NCBI RefSeq assembly: GCF_006345805.1
Contig: NC_043011.1
Span: 49,240,464-49,304,463, forward strand
From: Octopus sinensis
Lineage: Eukaryota
Length of the DNA: 64,000 nucleotides
Reading direction: 5' to 3'
In this document: piece after piece, positions 1-11,826 of the stretch
How positions within the stretch are numbered: the first letter of the stretch is position 1
Layout of the letters: each line of letters starts with the position of its first letter
Notes under the pieces: model-generated
The model's input: only the letters and a program-made list of their open reading frames with translations
The model's database searches: none
What the model was told of the DNA's origin: nothing
Position numbers and translations under genes: made by a program

Positions 1-276
1 ACTTTCCATAACCATTCAGTTCTGACATTTTCGCAGAATTATGCTTCATAAAGTTACGCATACTTTTGAAGAATTATTATCTCAGATGTTTAAAACACAA
101 ATCTAAAGAAATTTTCGAAAGAAATCAAAACTGAAAAATTACAATAGGGAAAAAAAAGAAGTCACCAAAAACATGTTATAACTAACCCAAAGTTCTTTTT
201 GCCTTTTGTAGAATCTTAATCTACAATGTTTAAAATACAGACATCCAAAGAAATTTGCTGCACTACATATATATGG

Positions 277-390
277 AAATGCATGGCCTAGTGGTTAAGG
301 TCAGGATCACTAGACTGTGGGTTCAATTCATGGACTGGGTGGTGTGTTGTGTTCTTGAGCAAAACACTTCAGTTTACATTACTCAGTGGT
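277..390 (+). mobile_element. 5' fragment of tRNA-derived SINE (family E/F-type head)
   Basis: GCATGGCCTAGTGGTTAAGG (A-box-like), GGGTTCAATTC (B-box-like), then TGTGTTCTTGAGCAAAACACTT as in heads at 41.5 kb, 51.7 kb and 58.2 kb. Confidence 0.65.
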
Positions 391-852
391 TTAGAGAGAG
401 AGAGAGAGGCAGAGTCATTGGCACATCAGCAGAAACACTTTACGGTATATCTTCCGGATCTCTACATTGTGAGTTCAAATACCATTTGCCCCAAGAAGCA
501 GTAAAATACTCCCATCATTTATTCCAAGTCTAGTCGTGGTAGCTGAAGTTCCAGTAATCTAATTAACATTGGTAGGGGAGGATGTGGGCCCTTCTGAGTC
601 ACATAGAGAGTGCTGGAGAAGACCCACGTGCACAGAACCTGTCCAAGGGTAGACCACCTCTATACTAAATATAGTTACCACCTCCATATATGTATATAGG
701 AAGAGGCATGAAAGGGTGGTTGCAAAGCTTGTTTCCCAGCCATGTGGTCTTGGGTTCAGTTCCACTGCTTGTCATCTTGTGCAAGAGTCTTCTGCAATAG
801 CGCCCTGACCAGAAACTGGAGAGAGCCCTGGCAAGTCTGTGCGGTACAAAGT

Positions 853-1072
853 GAGCTGGCAGAATCGTTAGCACACCAGGCGAAATACTTAGCTCTATTT
901 TGTCTGTTCCAAGTTCAAATTCCGCTGAGGGCGACTTTGCCTTTCATCCTTTCGAGGTCGATTAAATAAGTACTAGTTACGCACTGGGATTGATATAATC
1001 GACTTAATCCATTTGTCTGTCCTTGTTGGTCCCCTCTGTGTGTAGCCCCTTGTAGGCAGTAAAGAAATAAGA
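853..1072 (+). mobile_element. tRNA-derived SINE family B
   Basis: GAGCTGGCAGAATCGTTAGCAC...GTTCAAATTCCGCTGAGGGCGACTTTGCCTTTCATCCTTTCG...AGCCCCTTGTAGGCAGTAAAGAAAT; matches more than 20 other units in the window. Confidence 0.85.
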
Positions 1073-1883
1073 AGCTTGCTTCCCAATCATACAATCCTGG
1101 GTTCGGTTCCACTGGGTGGTGTCATGGACAAGTGTCTTTTACTATAGCCACAGGCCAACCAAAGTTTTGTGACTTGATTTGAAAGACAGAAACTGAAAGA
1201 AGCCCATTGTACACACACACACACACACATATATATATAGGTCGAATGGTGATCGGCAGTGATGAAATAGAGGAGGTAAGGGAATATGTCTACCTGGGAC
1301 AGGAAGTAAATATGTGCCGAGATATCGAAAAGGAGATCTCATGGAGAGTAAGGGCCGGATGGAAGGCGTTTAATGGCATAAGGGATGTGCTCAAGGGAAG
1401 GTTGGACAGGACCACCCACGCCAACCTCATTAACAGTGCAGTTCTGCCTGCAATGTTATATGGCAGTGAAACACGGGCCACCACAAAGAGAGAAGAGCAA
1501 AGACTGGTAACGGCTCAAAGAGCTATGGAAAGGTCAATGCTTGGTATCTCGTTGAGAGAGCACATCAGTAGCGATATCATCAGAAAGAAGTCCGGTATGA
1601 GAGATGTCATCGCAGAGTATACATGCAGCAAGTATAGATGGGCTGGACACGTCGCCTGGCTCACCGATAATCGGTGGACCCATGCAGTTGTCGAGTGGTA
1701 CCCGCGCGAGCGGAAAAGACCACCCAGAAGACCTCCACGACGGTGGAGTAACGATTTCAGGAGGACGAATGGCATCACGTGGATGAGAAAGGTGTGATCC
1801 AGAGAGGAGTGGACAGTGTGCTGTGACCAGCGGTGTCAAATGGATGCCTGACGAACTCGTCGGTCAAGGTGATCAAGGTGATA

Positions 1884-1919
<36 letters not shown>

Positions 1920-2140
1920 CATACATACATGTATGTATGTATGTGTGCCTGTGTTTGTCCCCCTACCATCACTTGACAAGCAATGTTGGTGTGTTTACAT
2001 CCCCATAACTTAATGGTTTGGCCAAAGAAACCAACAGAATAAGTACTAGGCTTACATAGAATGAGTCTTGTGGTCAATGTGTTCGACTAAAGGCAGTGTG
2101 CCAGCATGGCCACAGTCTATTGTCTAAAAGAATAAAAGAA
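1062..2140 (+). mobile_element. SINE family A, split by an RTE insertion (head about 1062-1205, tail about 1935-2140)
   Basis: Head ...CTGGGTTCGGTTCCACTG...GACAAGTGTCTTTTACTATAGCC...GAAACTGAAAGAAGCCC and tail TGTTTGTCCCCCTACCATCACTTGACAA...CCAGCATGGCCACAG match the intact copy at 60941-61342. Confidence 0.8.
1240..1882 (+). mobile_element. 5'-truncated RTE-clade LINE (RT C-terminus plus 3' end)
   Basis: ORF 1207-1797 carries EYVYLGQ, RVRAGWKAF, VLPAMLYGSET, AQRAMERSMLG, RWAGHVA, WYPRERKRPPRRPPRRWSND, typical RTE C-terminal motifs; ends in a short CAAGGTGAT repeat tail. Confidence 0.95.
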
Positions 2141-2251
2141 TACACATACACACACACTCATATATCAGCATTCATACATGCACACACATATATATGTATA
2201 CACACATATATAAAAATACATATATACACATATATATATACACACATACAC

Positions 2252-2312
<61 letters not shown>

Positions 2313-2375
2313 CACACATGTATATATATATACACATATATACACACACACATATATATATGCATATATATACAC

Positions 2376-2447
2376 ATCACATGATCACGTGACCGACCAG
2401 GCTATCAGATGTTGGTACACATCGCTGGTCCCAATGCGCTTCGCACA
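2376..2447 (-). mobile_element. Solo 3' tail of SINE C variant 2 (RTE-like tail)
   Basis: Reverse complement TGCGAAGCGCATTGGGACCAGCGATGTGTACCAACATCTGATAGCCTGGTCGGTCACGTGAT closely matches the tail at about 56210-56273. Confidence 0.75.
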
Positions 2448-2466
2448 CATATATACACATATATAT

Positions 2467-2498
<32 letters not shown>

Positions 2499-2859
2499 TA
2501 TTATCATATGTTTATGTAGTGTTCTATATCACTATCATCATTTCAAGACTCTTAGAGATTCCATTACTCTCATTAACCGTTTTTTTCTCAAGAGAATCCT
2601 GCATAAAACATAACTTGAACACCTTGTCTATATTGATGGAAATGGATCTTCATTCTGTCAGAAAATTTTTATAATTTTTATAAATTGAAGAATCTCATGT
2701 ATGGAATATAATTTTGCAGTCTCCCTGTAATTATTGGAGCAGTTCCTGTTCAAGATTCCAGAAAGATGAAACCAAATTGGCCCCAAATTTTACATATATA
2801 TTTTTTTGTTGTTAAGTACATAAATTTTTGTATGTAAACACACAGATATAAGCACACAC

Positions 2860-3220
2860 ACATATTCAAATGTATGTGTATGTGCATGTATTTATGCAAA
2901 TATGCATATTTTTTACACATACATACATACATACATACATACATACATACATACATACATACATACATGCATACACACATATTCAAATGTATGTTTATGT
3001 GTATGTATATATGCAAATATGCATATTTTTTACACATACACACACACACATACATACATACATACATACATACATACATACATACATACATACATGCATA
3101 CACACATATTCAAATGTATGTTTATGTGTATGTATATATGCAAATATGCATATTTTTTTACACATACACACACACACATACATACATACATACATACATA
3201 CATACATACATACATAGAGT
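2860..3220. repeat. Minisatellite, about 3 units of about 116 bp built around (CATA)n
   Basis: CACACATATTCAAATGTATG...GCAAATATGCATATTTTTTACACATAC recurs at about 2860, 2975 and 3105. Confidence 0.9.
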
Positions 3221-3436
3221 AATACAATTTTATAGACACATGCCCTCTACACTTTTTTTCATTTTCAATATTCTGAATGACAAGGTATCTTCCACAGCTT
3301 AATATACATAATCATATATGCATATATATTTGCATATATACACAGACATATATGCATACACGTATCCATACATAGAAACACATATTAGCATATGTATATA
3401 TTTAGATACATACACTGACAGACAAGTATACATCCA

Positions 3437-3519
<83 letters not shown>

Positions 3520-3854
3520 TATATATATATATATATATTGTATAGAGGGCATTATTACACATAAATGCCTCACACTAAGAGGGACAAAGTCATTACTACC
3601 AAAATTATACTAATCATACCTAAATGCAGTTTTTCAAAGCAAGACATTTAAAAAATGAATTTAGTTCTGTATCACCGTGATTTCACATTCAACTTACGTC
3701 TTATGATCCTCAGCAGAACTGATTCTGAACACATCATAAATAAACTACCAACCTTACGTAGCGAAGACGAACAGACAACTGCCCACTCCGGCCAAGCACA
3801 TGGAATGTTTATAAATCATATATCCGGTAAATGGCGGGCTTTTTATATATATAT

Positions 3855-4050
3855 ATAGTGAGAATTTACAAAATAAAAATAAAAGATGAAGATGGGTGTG
3901 TAAGCAACAAACAGATGTATTAGTTTAATGCTTGAGAGGTGAGAGAGTCTTTTATATTTTGAGCCTAAGCTCTTCGACAGGAACACAGAAATAAACAGGG
4001 AGAGAAAATAGAAAAAGGTTTAGTGACTAGTGATCTATCATCGTGAATGT
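3855..4050 (-). mobile_element. PLE-like terminal relic with decayed hammerhead motif, abutting (TA)n
   Basis: Minus strand CCTGTCGAAGAGCTTAGGCTCAAAA resembles CCGACGAAGAGCTCCGCTCGAAAC at 59.8 kb; same layout next to (TA)n. Confidence 0.45.
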
Positions 4051-4084
4051 ATAATTTTGTGTTTATAGTTACTAATATATATAT

Positions 4085-4432
4085 AGATTGATAGACAGAC
4101 AGACAGACATATAGATAGATTGATAGGCAGACAGACAAACAGATAGACATATAGATAGATTGATGGACAGACAGACAGATAGGCATATAAATAGATTGAT
4201 AGACAGACAGACATACAGACAGAGAGATAGACAGACAGACAGACATATAGATAGATTGATAGACAGACAGACAGATAGATAGACAGACAGACGTATAGAT
4301 AGATTGATAGACAGACAGACAGACAGACAGATAGATAGACAGACAGATAGGCATATAAATAGATTGATAGACACACAGACAGACAGATAGATAGACAGAC
4401 AGACAGACATATAGATTGATACACAGACAGAC

Positions 4433-4463
<31 letters not shown>

Positions 4464-4500
4464 AACTCAGATAGATAGATTGATAGACAAACAGATATAT
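4085..4500. repeat. Compound (GATA)/(GACA) satellite with higher-order TAGATTGATAGACAG units
   Basis: Direct reading of the sequence. Confidence 0.95.
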
Positions 4501-4741
4501 AGCTAGATATCCATATACACATGTATGTGTACATAAATACATACATGCACAGATATGTACATACATACACACATGCAAACATACATAAGATTAGACAGAT
4601 AAACAGACAATCAGACAGACATACTGACAGACATACTGACAGTCATAAACGGAAAATGCTTCAGTCACGTACATCCAGTGAATCTCTTTCACACGTATAA
4701 CAAACATTAAAATATGTATTCCTTTTTAGATCTTTTTCATG

Positions 4742-4809
<68 letters not shown>

Positions 4810-5059
4810 TTTGTGTTTATAGTTTCTAATAATGCATCAGAGTATGTTTTATATGTGTGTATTTATATGTCCATACACATTATATAAATGTGTGTCTGTG
4901 TGTGTGTATGAATATGCATGTATGTGTGTAAGGGTGTGTGTATACACAGATACATACATATATATATATACACCTGCACAGATATATCCACCTAGTTATA
5001 ACTTACTGCATATTTCCAAAATTATACATATACACATATATATACATATATATACAGAT

Positions 5060-5102
<43 letters not shown>

Positions 5103-5589
5103 CATATATACATATATATACACACACACATATATATATATACACACATACATATATATACATATATATGCATAAATATACATATATGTATACATACACA
5201 CTTTTACATACATACACACATATACATACATACATACACACACGCTACATACACACACATGCATACAGGTATTAAGTGTGTGGTGTGGGCGTTTCTTTGC
5301 GCGTGACTGTGTGTGTGTGTGTGTGTATGTCTTTGAATGTGTACATGTATATGTATGAGTGAGTGTGTATGTGCATACACATGAATGCGTGTGCGTAGTA
5401 TGTATATGTCCGCATATGCGTGTGTGTATGTGTGTGTGTATGCGGGTGAGTATATGTGTATGTTTGTATATATATATATATATGTGTGTGTGTATGTGTC
5501 TATGTCTGCATGCACTGAGAATCCTCCTCCAGTCTTTTATAATCCATTAGTGTTTCGTCTGACCGATATAGCTGCAGTAATAGCTAACA

Positions 5590-5626
5590 GATAATAATAA
5601 TAATAATAATAATAATGATAATAATA

Positions 5627-5678
<52 letters not shown>

Positions 5679-5679
5679 G

Positions 5680-5719
<40 letters not shown>

Positions 5720-5790
5720 TAATAATAATAAATAATAATAATAATAATGATAACAATAATAATAATATAATAATAATAACAATAATAATA

Positions 5791-5833
<43 letters not shown>

Positions 5834-5850
5834 TAATAATAATAATAATA

Positions 5851-5881
<31 letters not shown>

Positions 5882-5919
5882 TAATAATAATGATAACAAT
5901 AATAATAATAATAATATAA

Positions 5920-5954
<35 letters not shown>

Positions 5955-5978
5955 TGATAATAATAATAATAATAATAA
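5590..5978. repeat. About 390 bp (AAT)n microsatellite with interrupted higher-order units
   Basis: Direct reading; AATGATAACAAT and ATATAAT variants recur. Confidence 0.98.
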
Positions 5979-6178
5979 AAACCAGCCAAAAAGCTACAAC
6001 AAAACGTCTATATAACGTGTGTGTGTATATAACATATCTGAATTTTGCACAATCTTTTCTGCCGGCTTGCATGTTTTCTTTGATAATTTCGAAAGCATTT
6101 GTTTAAAAATACAAATAAAAATGAAAAGGAATGGATATTAATAATAATAATAAAAATGATATTTATTTTTATTGCTGC

Positions 6179-6215
<37 letters not shown>

Positions 6216-6217
6216 AG

Positions 6218-6260
6218 GCAGTAGATTGCCTGAAACATTGAAACATCAAAGGAAACGCCT
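6218..6260 (+). other. Candidate small exon (SRLPETLKHQRKR)
   Basis: (TTG)n-TAG acceptor, strong donor CCT|GTGAGT, one open frame ending in phase 2. No homology recognised. Confidence 0.2.
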
Positions 6261-6408
6261 GTGAGTATGTCTTTTTGGTTTTTATGTGATGGGTTCAAAT
6301 CTCAGCGAGGTCTAACATTTGCGTTTCGTCCTTCTGGGGTTCATACACAATGCACCAGCCAAATACTGGGGATCAATGGTATCTTTTATTTTTATTTTTT
6401 TATTTTAT

Positions 6409-6671
6409 CTTCTGCTCGTTTCAGTCATTAGACTGTGGTCATGCTGGAGCACCTGTCTGAAGAATTTATCAATCAAAACGATTGACGACTCTACAGCAAT
6501 ATTTTTTTTCAAAGTCTGGTACTTATTATCTCAGTCTCTTTTGCTAAACCACTCAGTTATGGGAACATAAACAAACCAGCACCAGTTGTCAAGCATGGGG
6601 GTGACAAACACATGCCCAAAGTCACACACACACACACATGCACACACACACACATGCACACACACACACAT

Positions 6672-6703
<32 letters not shown>

Positions 6704-6834
6704 CAGGCTTCTTTCAGTGTTCATCTACCAAATCCACTCACAAAGCTTTGGTCAACCTGAGGCTATAGTAGAAAACGCCCAAGGTGCCATGCAGTGGGAT
6801 TGAACCCAGAACCACGTGGTTTGGAAGCAAACTT
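6409..6834 (-). mobile_element. SINE family A
   Basis: Reverse-complement match to 60941-61342 including the internal CA tract. Confidence 0.85.
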
Positions 6835-6946
6835 GAAAGGTAACATGTGACTCAATGATGGGGCATTAAAATGGATTTACGAGTTCTATTGAACCCTGAA
6901 AGCCACAGAACCACACTTGAACTGTGTCAAAGGACATAAGGCTCAG

Positions 6947-7257
6947 TTAATCCTTTGACATGTAAATCAGCCAGATATAGCTCAAATATTCAGCCTGCTT
7001 TACAGTGAAACCAGCCAGATCCAGCCTTTCACACCTGTCCCACAATCTCATTCTAAAAATTCAAAGTCTTGAAGCTAAGAGATAAAACACGATTAATTCA
7101 AAATCAATGAATAAATATAACTGTGGAATGCTCCACCGATTGCAAGGTAATTTCACAAGCAGGCTGTTCCGTTGATCAGACCAACTGGAACTCTTGTTGT
7201 CATAACCAACACAGTAGCATTTATACCTGACCAATTAATTTGAATGCTAAAGGTTAA
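6947..7257. mobile_element. TTAA-flanked MITE (piggyBac-like termini) with an internal SINE C tail fragment (about 7140-7215)
   Basis: Begins TTAATCCTTT and ends AAAGGTTAA (degenerate CCCTTT...AAAGGG termini with TTAA on both sides); internal CAAGCAGGCTGTTCCGTTGATC matches the SINE C tail. Confidence 0.5.
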
Positions 7258-7340
7258 GATACAGGGCAGAAGCCATTGGTGCTACATTTGTGGTAGTTAA
7301 ACACTCCTTAATGCCAAACGTCTGCAAGAATTGGAATGAT

Positions 7341-7717
7341 TCTCTTTTACTTGTTTCAGTCATTTGACTGTGGCCATGCTGGAGCACCACCTTTTAGTCG
7401 AACAAATCAACTCCAGGACTTATTCTTTGTAAGCCTAGTGCTTATTCTTTTGCCGAACCGCTAAGTGATGGGGACACAAACACTCCAGCATTGGTTGTCA
7501 AGCAATGCTGGGGGGACAAACACAAACATACACACACATATATATACATATATACGATGGGCTTCTTTCAATTTCTATCTGCTGAATCCACTCACAAGGC
7601 TTTGGTTGGCCCGAGGCTATCGTAGAAGACACTTGCCCAAGGTGCCACGCAGTGGGACTGAACCCAGAACCATGTAGTTGGTAAGCAACCTACTTACCAC
7701 ACAGCCACTCCTGCACC
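7341..7717 (-). mobile_element. SINE family A, full length
   Basis: Reverse-complement match to 60941-61342. Confidence 0.9.
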
Positions 7718-8067
7718 TGAGCAAAATTAAGGAAAATACTAAAAATAATGGAGAGTAACTGCAAAAATGTATGACAGATCCTAGTTTTCAGAACACCATT
7801 AGCCAGAACTCAGGGGTGGCAAGTGAAATATCTTTATAAGTAGTACATTGAATAGATGAGCAAGTACCTCATCCCCAAACTGTGGCAAATGTGTAGAACC
7901 ATACCTCACTGATGCTTGAAGGAGAAATGATAATGACATATGAAAATTCTCAAATTGTTGGTAAAAATACAAAAGATAAGAATGGGTGAGGAGAAAAGAC
8001 AGAGAAAGAAGCGTCAACAATGAATATAGGTCAGGTGGAATAATGTCTTACAAATTACAATATAATT

Positions 8068-8362
8068 AAAACAATTGCATTGTGGAAGGTTTTTATAAGT
8101 CATTTAAAAAAAGCACAAAATCTGTTAGATTCACTTCGACATTTAAATTTAATTTGCCAAAATATTTTCGGCACTCTGAAAGTGCGACCTGTTTACAGAC
8201 AAAATTCCATGCTGCATCTCACTGAATTTTGTCAGTGAGCAGGTCGCACTTTCAGAGCACCAAAAATATTTTGGCAAATTAAATTTAAATGTTGAAGTGA
8301 ACCTAACGGTTCTTGTGTGTTTTTAAATGGCTTATAAACACCTTCCACGCTGCAATTGTTTT
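8068..8362. repeat. About 295 bp imperfect palindrome (fold-back); same family as 43650-43850
   Basis: Arms AAAACAATTGC...GAAAGTGCGACCTG and CAGGTCGCACTTTC...GCAATTGTTTT are reverse complements; the flank continues at 8791-8835 after a SINE A insertion. Confidence 0.9.
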
Positions 8363-8375
8363 TGTTTCAGCATAC

Positions 8376-8546
8376 GGCATAGGTGTGGCTGTGTGGTAAG
8401 TAATTTGCTTACGAACCACATGGTTCCGGGTCCAGTCCCACTACATGGCACCTTGGTCAAGTGTCTTCTACTATAGCCTCGGGTTGACCAAATCCTTATG
8501 AGTGGATTTGGTAGTCAGAAACTGAATGAAGCCCGTCATATATATG

Positions 8547-8579
<33 letters not shown>

Positions 8580-8790
8580 GTTTGTGTGTCTGTGTTTGTC
8601 CCCCCAACATCACTTGACATCCAATACTGGTGTGTTTATGTCCCTGTAAATTAGCGGTTCAGCAAAAGAGACCGATAGAATAAGTACTAGGTTCACAAAG
8701 AATAAGTCCTGGGGTTGATATGCTCGACTATAGACGGTGCTCCGGCATGGCCACAGTCAAATGACTGAAACAAGTAAAAGAGTAAAAGAG
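8376..8790 (+). mobile_element. SINE family A, full length, inserted in the fold-back family element
   Basis: Matches 60941-61342; ATAC flanks both sides and removing the SINE restores the sequence seen inverted near 43700. Confidence 0.9.
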
Positions 8791-8862
8791 ATACGATCTC
8801 AGATCAGGTCACTTGCTATGCCAGTAACATCTCTCTAAATCTACAATAAAATTCTTCCTCAG

Positions 8863-9028
8863 GAAAAATAATGAAGAGAATAAGGAGAATGAAGATGAAC
8901 TAAAATTTACAATACTTCAAAGATCAGACATTGAAAAACCAAAATTACACATCTCTGCAACCATAGACTCTCCAAAGACGTTGAATTATGCACAGAAAAA
9001 AAAAAAGAAAAAAGGGATCAAAATGTAA
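8863..9028 (+). other. Candidate coding exon (KNNEENKENEDELKFTILQRSDIEKPKLHISATIDSPKTLNYAQKKKKKKGIKM*)
   Basis: TTCTTCCTCAG acceptor followed by 54 open codons in non-repetitive sequence; phase-compatible with 6218-6260. No family recognised. Confidence 0.22.
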
Positions 9029-9254
9029 CCATGACGACAACAACAACAATGACAGTGATAATATATGACACCACACTGTTTTCATCTACTAAATCCACTC
9101 ACAAGCCATTGGTCGGCCCAGAGCTATAATAGAAAACTCATGCTCAAGGGTGCCATGCTGTAAGACTGAACCCAAATCCACATTACTGCTAAGCTAGCTT
9201 CTTAACCACCCAGCCATGTTCTAATTAATCCTTAATAAACAGTAGAAATCTTTA

Positions 9255-9462
9255 TCTTTCTTTTATTTGTTTCAGTCATTTGACTGTGGCCATGCTGGGA
9301 TACCGCCTTTAGTCGAGCAAATCGACCCTAGGACTTATTCTTTGTAAGCCTAGTACTTATTCTATCGGGCACTTTTGTTGAACCCCTAAGTTACCCGGAC
9401 GTAAACACACCGACATCGGTTGTCAAGCAATGTTGGGGGAACAAACACAGACATACAAACAT

Positions 9463-9512
<50 letters not shown>

Positions 9513-9753
9513 TGGTGCCCCAGCATGGCCGCGGCCTTCGGGCTGAAACATTTTTAAGGATTTAAGGATATGTATATATGTACATATATATGATGGGCTT
9601 CTTTCAGTTTCCGTCCACCAAATCCACTCACAAGGCTTTGGTCGGCCTGAGGCTATACTAGAAGACACTTGTCCAAGGTGCCACACAGAGGGACTGAACC
9701 CAGAACCATGTGGTTTGTAAGCAAGCTACTTACCACACAGCCACTCCTACACC
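9255..9753 (-). mobile_element. SINE family A with an internal plus-strand LINE-tail fragment (about 9507-9560)
   Basis: Reverse-complement match to family A; GGTGCCCCAGCATGGCCGCGG sits inside its microsatellite. Confidence 0.85.
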
Positions 9754-9759
9754 TATGAG

Positions 9760-10040
9760 TATAAGATCCCTCCCTCACTGGCTTTTCTCGTCTTAGTCTT
9801 ACCATTATTAAAGACAAGAAGGAATTCTACGTAGAATTGGTCAAATATCTACATGAGAATATAACTGAGGATTGTAAGGTTTGTTAGTTGCTATGGCTAT
9901 TTAGATAGAGCTGGTGGTTACCATGGCATCAATGTTGTTGCCCCAGAAACTATTTTGCTTATTGATAAAGCAGAAACCAATAAACCAAAACGACCATGGC
10001 ATTATTCCAGAGTTTCATTGTCTGAAGGCATTTGGCTAAA
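9760..10040 (+). pseudogene. Degenerate LINE (probably RTE) AP-endonuclease fragment
   Basis: With one frameshift reads KDKKEFYVELVKY...CYGYLDRAGGYHGIN, resembling the KD.FY..L...GDFNGHVGR.AGGFHGVHGG segment of RTE endonucleases. Confidence 0.45.
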
Positions 10041-10079
10041 TTCTATTGAAGTATTCATTTTGTTTTCGTTCTTGCTGCT

Positions 10080-10112
<33 letters not shown>

Positions 10113-10369
10113 GGGCATAACGTTGTTGTGGGTGTTATTGGCCAATGAACCAAACAGAGCCAATCATGTGTGTGTGTGTCTGTGTGTGTGTGTGCATGTA
10201 CACACATGTAGGCAGTAATGTATGGATACATGTTTGTATGCACACATGCATACAAACACACAAATACACACTTTCACACACACACACAGAAATATATACA
10301 TAGACATAGATATTCTATGTATATACATATATATGCATATACATGTGCATGTATATGTGTGTGTGCGTG

Positions 10370-10820
10370 TGTGTGTCTGCATGTGTGTGAATCGGTGTGC
10401 ATGCACGCGTGTGTGTGTGTGTGTGTGCATGCGTGTGTGTGAATCTGTGTGCATGCATGTGTGTGTGTGTGTGTGTGCATGCGTGTGTGTGTGTGCATGC
10501 GTGTGTGTGAATCTGTGTGCATGCGTGTGTGTGAATCTGTGTGCATGCATGTGTGTGTGTGTGTGTGTGTGCATGCATGTGTGTGTGTGTGTGCATGCGT
10601 GTGTGTGAATCTGTGTGCATGCGTGTGTGTGAATCTGTGTGCATGCGTGTGTGTGTATGTGTGTGTGCATGCGTGTGTGTGTATGTGTGTGTGCATGCGT
10701 GTGTGTGTATGTGTGTGTGCATGCGTGTGTGTGAATCTGTGTGTGTGCATGCATGCGTGTGTGTGAATCTGTGTGTGTGCATGCGTGTATGTGTGTGTGT
10801 ATGTGTGCATGTGTGTGTGC
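10370..10820. repeat. Compound (GT)n/GCAT satellite with GTGAATCTGTGTGCATGC units
   Basis: Direct reading. Confidence 0.95.
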
Positions 10821-11150
10821 ATGCATATTTGCTTTCTTGTAAAGATTTTAAGGTACAATACTCAATAAGTTTTATCATTACAAAGGTTTGGGGATCTCTC
10901 ATTCTTAGAGATAGAACAAACATCCTCATATGCATACATTCACACATGCACACATGTGCGTGTGTGTGCGTGTGTCTGTCTGCACGTGCGTGTATATACA
11001 TCTATATCTATCAATCCATCCATCCATTTATTTGTCTGTCTCTCTATATATACATGCATACATATATTATATATACAGATACACATATATATGTGTGTGC
11101 ATGAGTATGTGTGAAACTATCAATCTACCTCACTTTCGTTCTTCTTTCTG

Positions 11151-11201
<51 letters not shown>

Positions 11202-11519
11202 TATATAATATATATATTATATATATAATATATATATATATATGTATATATATGTATATATCATATGTAATGTATGTATGTGTGTGTATATATATATGTG
11301 TACATACATATGTGTGTATGTACACCCACACAAATACACACACTTATGTGTGTATGTATATATATATATACATACACACACACACACATATATATATATA
11401 CATATGTGTGTGTATGGACACCCACACAAATACACACACACATACATATGTGTGTGTGTGTGTATAAATATATATATGTATATATATATATATGGTGTAC
11501 CACATTGCATCAATCTAGA

Positions 11520-11680
11520 AAGAACAGTTCTTCAAAAGATTTATTTTGCCCTCTGACCTTGTCTTATGACCTCTCTTGATTCACATCACACGAAATGAAG
11601 CTGGCAGTTCAAGTAGTTGAAAGTAGATTCTTCCACCCTATTATACTGACATGAACTCTTCCATTTCATTATATTACATC
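11520..11680 (-). pseudogene. Degenerate RTE 3' coding fragment (probable continuation of 12577-12907)
   Basis: Minus-strand frames give CQLHFV and RGHKTRSEGK, resembling RQL.F.GHV and RGR.R of RTE C-termini. Confidence 0.35.
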
Positions 11681-11826
11681 TAACATGACTACAAACATAC
11701 ATGCATAAATTCATACATCCATATATACACACGCATTTACCATATTTTCTGACATACAAGCCAATGTGGGATATAGTATAAACATTCGTAAACATTGAAA
11801 CATTGTCACTAACTTTCTAATTCCTG

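Noticed and set aside
2096-5600. Many 60-205 aa ORFs rich in Y/I/H/T/C/V (similar ones throughout the window)
   Set aside because: They are translations of (TA)n, (CA)n and (GATA)n microsatellites, which lack stops in some frames.
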